A stretch of 5,682 bases of DNA from Rotaria magnacalcarata. Its lineage: Eukaryota. The notes beneath the pieces are model-generated. The model did no database searches. It had not been told where the DNA came from and saw only the letters and a list, made by a program, of their open reading frames with translations. The stretch spans positions 38,297 to 43,978 of the forward strand of contig CAJNRF010010979.1 in NCBI GenBank assembly GCA_905321285.1, given 5' to 3'. The translations under genes were made by a program, and so were the position numbers. Positions within the stretch are counted from its first letter, which is position 1. Each line of letters begins with the position of its first letter. Shown piece after piece: positions 1-4,862 of this stretch.

Positions 1-816
1 TACTAAAATGATCATAACTTTGAAAGAAAAACCGAATGGCACGAAATCTTTTAGGCTTTTTCTAGTCTCACTAGGTCCTACTTATGAGCACAATACGAAC
101 CCGAATGGCAGGTATCACTTGGAGAGGTTCCCCCGTTAGATCTTTGTTGTTTTCCAAAATAATATATTCATAGAGGTAGGATCGACCTTGATTATGTGTA
201 CATTTTGAAAAAGACGTTTTTCGAATGGCTATTGTTTTTTCGCATTATTGCTATTCGTTCATTATTTTTCAATTCCGTTTCTCTTGAGAATATGAGTACG
301 ACTGTGTTATAAGAGTAGGTCCACACTCTCATTCACAGCTGCACCTTCACATTCTCTTAATTTCTTTCCTGCAGTTGATGTTGCTGCTTGGTTTTCAATG
401 GCTAACCCTAGTTAATAATGTACTTTTGATAAACGAAACAATCAAAAAATTAGTAATCTACCGGGACATAGTTATTTTCTAAGCATTGAGTTATAGAAGA
501 AATACATAAAAAAATATTTTTTGGCAGAATTACATTATCTAATTGTATATTCTAAAAGAAGAAGAAATTCTGATGTTGCCTTACTTGTTTTGATTCTCGC
601 TATTTACGTTTAAAAGATCGAACAATAAAAAAATAATTTGTTTTAAAATTTTGTAACCAACACGACGTATTCAAGTATGTTAATTTTGTGAAATTAGTTT
701 TCTAATCCATAGTATTGTGGCATCTCTGATATCAACACTAAATTTAAAATTTCAGCAAACAAAACGATGCTCAAATCGAAAGAATAAAATGAATTGTAAA
801 ACATTAAAAATAACTC

Positions 817-1203
817 ATGCCCATAAGAAATTGGAAGAAAGAACAGAAAGACTATTTATTTCGTCGCTGTGATTGGTTCACAATTCTGAAGACAAATAAA
901 AAGAACCATGCATCTATTGTAATTGACAGTGAAAAAAACTGTCTCTCTCTGACAGGAACTTGTTCAGAAAAAAAGTCGTTCTTGAGCAAGAAAAAAAAGG
1001 ATTTTATAAGAACCCATTTATGGACATTCTGCCATAGGAGATGCTTGAAATATGCGAAAAGTCACATATGCATATCTCTTCATTATGATATTCAACTCAA
1101 TCTGACATATTCATTACAGGCACAAATTGTAATGTTCTTTCTACTGACAAACTCGAAAGTTGGAAATAGCATAATAAAAACTATTCATGAAAAAGTTTCA
1201 TAA
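817..1203 (+). CDS. Hypothetical ORF (128 codons), Lys-rich with several Cys/His; no recognisable family
   Basis: The only evidence is length. For roughly one-third-GC DNA about one codon in 12-14 is a stop, so 128 open codons is uncommon by chance. There is no recognisable start context and no homology I can recall. Confidence 0.2.
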   Translation: MPIRNWKKEQKDYLFRRCDWFTILKTNKKNHASIVIDSEKNCLSLTGTCSEKKSFLSKKKKDFIRTHLWTFCHRRCLKYAKSHICISLHYDIQLNLTYSLQAQIVMFFLLTNSKVGNSIIKTIHEKVS

Positions 1204-1244
1204 AAAAAGAACTACCATGAATACATTCTTGAAAAAGTACGGCG

Positions 1245-1279
1245 CGTTCTAAAAATGCCTTTAGCATGCTTTTAGAACG
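1245..1279. repeat. Short hairpin with a 10-bp perfect stem and a 15-nt loop
   Basis: CGTTCTAAAA (1245-1254) pairs with TTTTAGAACG (1270-1279). Confidence 0.4.
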
Positions 1280-1659
1280 TGCTTTTGTTGCCTAAAGAAT
1301 ATTTTTTTCTAAACGACATCCTAACAGAGAGAAGAACGCGATTTTTTGTTCCTTCTTGTCTTCCACGACTCAAGTATGATTTTTCGTTCTCTCTTCATTT
1401 AAGATGCTATTTCTTAAGTAAATTTTCATTTTATTTTATTACTTCGCTGCGTCTTTTTCTCCTTTCTAGTAATTCAACTGCTGAAGTTGTGGGTGTGGGA
1501 TAGATGTCGGTGTAGAGGTAGAAATTCCTTTTAGTCACGCTCACTTGTGTCTCACACTATTATTCAAACGATCCAGAGCCCTGACTACAGCTAGTATAAA
1601 TACAGCAATAAAAGAGCGTTATGAGTGTGAGAAATAGCACACATTATACGAATTAAATG

Positions 1660-1715
1660 ATAGATGAAACCGGTCTAGTTTTTTGACGACCGGTACCAGT
1701 ACCGGTTCCATCTAT
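1660..1715. repeat. 56-bp nested palindrome carrying three ACCGGT sites; possible mini-element or excision relic
   Basis: ATAGATGAAACCGGT (1660-1674) against ACCGGTTCCATCTAT (1701-1715) is complementary at 14/15 positions. There is an inner near-palindrome ACCGGTACCAGTACCGGT (1689-1706). The direct repeat ATTAAAT occurs on both sides (1652-1658, 1718-1724). Confidence 0.5.
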
Positions 1716-1881
1716 GGATTAAATATTGTTAACAATTGTTAGCTTTCGCAGTTTTCTGTCACACCATAGCTTATGACAACATATCGTTTTATGTTTTTTC
1801 CTCAGGTAATCGACATATTTTCTTTCTAGCACATTCTACTATTTCAGAATATTTTTCATTTTAGTATCTTAGATATGATTA

Positions 1882-2103
1882 GGGGTGTAACAGATCTCAG
1901 ATCCATAACTGGATCAAATGAGCGAAATATCTATTCGAAAAGATCAGATCAGATCCAGAGATATGTTCAAACAGATTTTCTGATCTGATCTGAATGATTT
2001 GAACAGATCAGATCAGATCCATATATTTGTTCAATAAGTTCCTCTGATCTTTTCAGACACTTCTTCTGATCAGATCAGGTCTAAAGCCGAACTGCTACAC
2101 CCC
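1882..2103. mobile_element. Non-autonomous DNA transposon (MITE, 222 bp) with TA flanks and Tc1/mariner (Stowaway-like) style ends
   Basis: Termini GGGGTGTAACAG (1882-1893) and CTGCTACACCCC (2092-2103) are reverse complements at 11/12 positions. TA lies immediately outside both ends (1880-1881, 2104-2105). There is no ORF. The interior is built from (AGATC)n blocks in both orientations plus two 33-bp direct repeats (1942-1974 vs 2006-2038, 28/33 identical). Confidence 0.7.
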
Positions 2104-2308
2104 TAGGTATGATCGTTATATTTTGCCCATATTTCAGAAAAAAAACTAATGTGTTCTGGAATTAGTGTGCGACTAGCTACCATGACTGGTTTCGATCTTG
2201 CTTAAGGATCTCTTCAAACGGCAATTCATTCTTTATGATTAATAAAAATCACAAGAATTAGAAATTTATTCTGTTATGCATAGAATTAAATTTTATACAC
2301 AATGATAA

Positions 2309-2316
2309 ATTCAGTT
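2309..2316. repeat. Putative target-site duplication, left copy (ATTCAGTT)
   Basis: An identical 8-mer is found at 3314-3321, immediately outside the other end of the MULE. Duplications of 8-9 bp are the size expected for Mutator superfamily insertions. Confidence 0.5.
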
Positions 2317-2461
2317 GAATGGCATTAAAATGAGCGAAAGAAAAAAGAGCGAAGAAAAATGAGCGAAAGAAAAAATGTCGATAGAAAATATGTCGAATAC
2401 TAAATGTCGAACACAATAATAGCGAAAAATAAAATGTCGATCGTATGGAAATAGCGAAAAG
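2317..2461 (+). repeat. MULE left terminal inverted arm: nine tandem units of about 15 bp
   Basis: CGA-core motifs (TGAGCGAAAG, AGAGCGAAG, ATGTCGAWA, ATAGCGAAAA) have their CG at 2335, 2350, 2364, 2379, 2394, 2408, 2423, 2438 and 2455. Spacings are 14-17 bp. Confidence 0.8.
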
Positions 2462-2484
2462 TATATTTTTCCATAAATTTATTT

Positions 2485-2502
2485 TTGAATTTTAAAATTC
2501 AA
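2485..2502. repeat. Perfect 18-bp palindrome TTGAATTTTAAAATTCAA just inside the MULE left arm
   Basis: The sequence equals its own reverse complement. It is AT-only, so its significance is limited. Confidence 0.6.
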
Positions 2503-2696
2503 CCAGTGATATTTTATTCCTCCGTTTTCTTGTGTTATCTGTTTTCACTGGCTAGCATTTTTCGTTAATAGTATCGTCGTCCAATCTAGCTAACGGAATA
2601 AACACAAAGGACACAAAAGACATAACGAAATAAAGATACGCCATACCTTATTTTTTCCATTGCATATCACTTGTTGTTAATTTAGTATAAATTTCG

Positions 2697-2810
2697 ATGA
2701 CACCGAATACAAGCAGCGTATCTTTTATCATTTCTAATAAAGGCAATCCTCTGCTAATTTTAAACGATTTTTTGTATCGAATAATCAAGAATTCTAAAAG
2801 CTTATCCTAA
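2697..2810 (+). pseudogene. Transposase N-terminal remnant (37 codons then stop) with a FLYWCH-like beginning
   Basis: Translation is MTPNTSSVSFIISNKGNPLLILNDFLYRIIKNSKSLS*. The stretch F-x2-S-x-K-G-x3-L-x-L-x-D-F-x-Y-R resembles the start of the FLYWCH-type zinc finger found at the N-terminus of many animal MULE transposases. The W..C part of that finger is absent, which fits an internal deletion. This recognition is from memory, not from a search. Confidence 0.45.
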
Positions 2811-2811
2811 T

Positions 2812-3029
2812 ATGTGGACCTTCATTAAATGTGTTCAAAATGAAGAAAATCGATTTCGACACCTACCTCTTCAAATGAATGCTGGGGCTCAAGCTCGAAA
2901 AAAACCGCTGCCACTAGTTTCATTCAAAACAGTATCGATACATTAAATGAAAGATACAAAAATGATGAAATCGATGTTGATTAACTATTAGATGGCTTCT
3001 CGCTCACCATAACCAAACAAAAGAAATAA
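2812..3029 (+). pseudogene. Transposase C-terminal remnant with one frameshift and one in-frame stop
   Basis: The frame from 2812 reads MWTFIKCVQNEENRFRHLPLQMNAGAQARKK. After the A7 run (2898-2904) the homologous reading continues in another frame as KKTAATSFIQNSIDTLNERYKNDEIDVD*LLDGFSLTITKQKK*, with the terminal stop at 3027-3029. The pattern W-x-F-I...EE-x-RF...Q-x-x-G...RKK...I-x-x-L-x-x-RY-x-x-x-EI...L-x-G-x-S matches my memory of the conserved C-terminal tail of animal MULE transposases. Confidence 0.55.
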
Positions 3030-3171
3030 ACTTATACTTGAAGAAATACTTTCTTTTCATTAATTTTATAACTAATTATGCTTGATTCATTTCATTTTTT
3101 GATGAACATAAAATTTTATCAGACAATATAAAATCTTCATCTTAGCAGTCTAAAAATATTAAAATAAATAT

Positions 3172-3313
3172 TTTCGCTATTTTTTATTTCGCTATAATTG
3201 CTTTCGCTATTTTTTCCAATCGGCACTTTCCATTCGGCATTTTTTCCTTCGACATTCTATTTTCGCTCTTTTATCGTTCGCTCTTTTTTCTTTCGCTCAT
3301 TTTGATACATACC
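3172..3313 (-). repeat. MULE right terminal inverted arm: nine tandem units of about 15 bp, inverted relative to the left arm
   Basis: The same motifs appear as reverse complements (TTCGCTAT, TCGGCA, TTCGACAT, TTCGCTCT, TTTCGCTCAT). Their CG sits at 3175, 3190, 3205, 3221, 3235, 3250, 3264, 3279 and 3294, with spacings of 14-16 bp. The outer 27 bp match the left arm perfectly and the inner part is about 70 percent similar by eye. Confidence 0.8.
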
Positions 3314-3321
3314 ATTCAGTT
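3314..3321. repeat. Putative target-site duplication, right copy (ATTCAGTT)
   Basis: Identical to 2309-2316. Confidence 0.5.
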
Positions 3322-3347
3322 CACGATTGTGTGACTAGCTAACTAAA

Positions 3348-3402
3348 GGGTGTGTGGGTGTGAGGGTGTCTTAATGAAAGATGTACACCCACACCCACAC
3401 CC
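3348..3402. repeat. Inverted hexamer microsatellite hairpin: imperfect (GGGTGT)n arm facing a perfect (ACACCC)3 arm
   Basis: Left arm is GGGTGTGTGGGTGTGAGGGTGT (3348-3369). The loop is about 15 nt. Right arm is ACACCCACACCCACACCC (3385-3402). The arms are complementary apart from small indels. Confidence 0.7.
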
Positions 3403-3678
3403 AAGATTAATCGATTTATTATTACTGTTAGCACATAAGAGAATCTAATAATGTGTTTTTCGAACATTTACTTTGTGTTTTATGAATCCTTTCTTTTGCA
3501 ACGAATCTAACTAACAGTTTATAGTACATGTTATTATTATCTTTATTGGTCTTCAAAGAAAATCATTTTACTTTTTAATTTAACATAGACATTCTATTGA
3601 GAACCCATTCAATAGAAAGTAAATTTTATTTCTCATCAAAAAAGTAGTTGCAATAGTAAGAATAGACAAGTATTATTA

Positions 3679-3976
3679 CCCAAGTCGTGACGGTACGGCG
3701 GGAAACGACCGGAGAACATGGAAAATCGCTGGAAAGTGGACGCAGTATTCCGGTCATAAATTCCAGGATTTTTGTCCGGTGAATTCTGGTCACCTTCCAG
3801 TGCTTTACAGCAGGAACCGATAATAAATCATCGGGACAAACTCCGAAAATTTTCCGACCGGAATACTGCTTCCACGTTCCAGCGACTTCCCGTGTTTTCC
3901 TCCGGAATACGGTGATTTTTCCGGATCTTTACGGTCAGTTCCTACCGTATCAGGTGACCGGAACGATCGAACTGGG
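3679..3976. mobile_element. GC-rich foldback MITE (about 300 bp) with TA flanks
   Basis: CCCAAGTCG (3679-3687) pairs with CGAACTGGG (3968-3976). The core arms 3709-3755 and 3856-3905 are reverse complements at roughly 80 percent. Similarity continues to a symmetry centre near 3805. The left arm lacks about 40 nt that are present in the right arm. TA sits at 3677-3678 and 3977-3978. GC content is clearly above the flanks and CCGG is frequent. Confidence 0.7.
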
Positions 3977-4203
3977 TAGTGGTCGTACATGAATGCGCTA
4001 GATCAATTATTTATTCGAAACAATGTTGATGTATCATAACGCGCATTTGTAGCTATTTTAACTTAAGATTGAATTGGCACAAGTAAAATCTAATATAGCA
4101 TTATGAAGTTCAAACATGTGACATTTGTATTCGTCGAATTTCAGCAAATGCACTACGATAGTTCGATATAACGTTATTTGAATTTTCATTATCAAATTCA
4201 TCG

Positions 4204-4596
4204 TTAATTGAGGATTCTATTGATCGAGATGGTGAATGCGAATGTGCCGAACTTGGTGTTACACCAACCTAAAATTAGCATGAGAATAAAAAATATTTTT
4301 CTATTGGCTAAACATAAAATTATACTTTTGTGGATGAAGATGACACTGACGAAAGCGAATTCGATGATGCCTGTCAACAAACAAGAAAAAATGCATACAT
4401 AATATTTGTTGAATAATATTTTTACCTTGACTAATTTAACTTGTTGTGGTTTTGGTTCAACTGTTACAATTCTTTGATTTTGAATTTGATCTCCAGTTTT
4501 TGAATTTGTTGAATAATCATCACAATACCATGATGCACAGCGTAAGAATGTAATGGGCATCTGAAATGTGAAAAAGACGTTTATAATAATGATCAC
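4204..4596 (-). CDS. Hypothetical ORF (130 codons); it may be one exon (4426-4560) plus read-through of intron-like sequence
   Basis: It is the longest ORF in the window. The first half is polar (MPITFLRCASWYCDDYSTNSKTGDQIQNQRIVTVEPKPQQ) and the second half is F/I/L-rich, as expected from T-rich non-coding sequence. A strong 3-prime-splice-like site lies just upstream of the internal ATG at 4560 and a strong 5-prime-splice-like site lies at 4425. Confidence 0.25.
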   Translation of the reverse strand: MIIIINVFFTFQMPITFLRCASWYCDDYSTNSKTGDQIQNQRIVTVEPKPQQVKLVKVKILFNKYYVCIFSCLLTGIIEFAFVSVIFIHKSIILCLANRKIFFILMLILGWCNTKFGTFAFTISINRILN

Positions 4597-4607
4597 ATAT
4601 ACTTAAT

Positions 4608-4862
4608 CTACAGTAGACGATCGGATAAAATAAAACGTACAGAATAACGAATACGAAAGGAAACGATTAATAGAAATTTCGAACCAATGAGATGCGCATT
4701 CCATCTTTTATATAACCTTCCAAAATTATAATATGTCGTTTCCTCGTCTCGACGGAGACATAAGATGATATCTATACGATTACGATCTACTAGATAATGT
4801 CGATGATTCATCGCATAATGACTAAAACAAATCGATTGAGGTAGCTGTTTATGCCGAATCAT
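4608..4862 (-). CDS. Hypothetical ORF (84 codons), CpG-richer than its surroundings; possible first exon (4641-4862)
   Basis: The ORF lies on the same strand as, and directly upstream of, the 130-codon ORF. It can be joined to that ORF in frame by an 80-nt GT-AG interval (4561-4640). No homology recognised. Confidence 0.2.
   Translation of the reverse strand: MIRHKQLPQSICFSHYAMNHRHYLVDRNRIDIILCLRRDEETTYYNFGRLYKRWNAHLIGSKFLLIVSFRIRYSVRFILSDRLL

Larger units (their letters stand above)
2317..3313 (+). mobile_element. Internally deleted, non-autonomous Mutator-like element (MULE), about 1 kb
   Basis: Long inverted terminal arms (2317-2461 vs 3172-3313) include a perfect 27-bp inverted match (2327-2353 vs 3277-3303). 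The 8-bp direct repeat ATTCAGTT abuts both ends. The interior carries short plus-strand ORF fragments resembling the two ends of an animal MULE transposase. Exact termini are ambiguous by a few bp, because TGAATGG (2316-2322) and CCATTCA (3312-3318) form an alternative inverted end. Confidence 0.75.

Noticed and set aside
206-219. Exact 14-mer TGAAAAAGACGTTT repeated at 206-219 and 4569-4582
   Set aside because: It is a single A-rich 14-mer with no extension of similarity on either side, which is plausible by chance in AT-rich DNA.
307-407. Possible terminal exon on the minus strand (acceptor-like AACTAG|GG, then LAIENQAATSTAGKKLRECEGAAVNESVDLLL, with the stop at 309-307) in a locally GC-richer patch
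   Set aside because: The open frame is only about 33 codons, far too short to distinguish from chance, and no homology is recognised. Worth a glance only if RNA-seq shows coverage.
1279-1503. 74-codon plus-strand ORF
   Set aside because: It is an F/L/S-rich translation of a T-rich tract. It starts from a non-ATG (GTG) position, has no start context, and its length is within chance expectation.
1550-1632. Inverted 9-mer TCTCACACT (1550-1558) / AGTGTGAGA (1624-1632) with nearby ACGCTC / GAGCGT
   Set aside because: The flanking matches are not colinear in an inverted-repeat sense, and 9 bp alone is within chance for this window.
1740-1880. Run of splice-like signals (TTTTTTCCTCAG|GTAATC, TTTCTTTCTAG, CTATTTCAG, CATTTTAG)
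   Set aside because: There is no open frame on either side of any of them. Such motifs are frequent in T-rich AT-rich DNA.
2317-3313. CRISPR-like array, because short repeats alternate with short variable spacers in the MULE arms
   Set aside because: The units are only about 15 bp including spacing and are degenerate. The second array is the reverse complement of the first and the pair bound a transposase relic with a target duplication. This is TIR architecture, not repeat-spacer architecture.
2165-3343. GTGTG(CG)ACTAGCTA at about 2165-2179 and GTGTGACTAGCTA at about 3329-3341 flanking the MULE, with CTAGCTAAC also inside it at 2587-2595
   Set aside because: The matches are short (13 nt with an indel) and sit at asymmetric distances from the MULE ends. 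They could mark an older element interrupted by the MULE, but the evidence is too thin to call.
3348-3369. Telomere-like TG1-3 sequence (contains TGTGTGGGTGTG, reminiscent of budding-yeast telomeric repeats)
   Set aside because: It is a single short internal tract paired with its own inverted copy in a genome context that is clearly not yeast. A hexamer microsatellite is the simpler explanation. Each strand has only three GGG runs, so no canonical G-quadruplex either.
3805-3990. 61-codon minus-strand ORF from the track
   Set aside because: It lies entirely within the right arm of the foldback MITE. Its openness is explained by the locally GC-rich, stop-poor repeat sequence.
4208-4402. 64-codon plus-strand ORF
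   Set aside because: It is antisense to the longer minus-strand ORF. It has an I/K/L/M/N-rich composition typical of AT-rich noise, and its length is within chance expectation.
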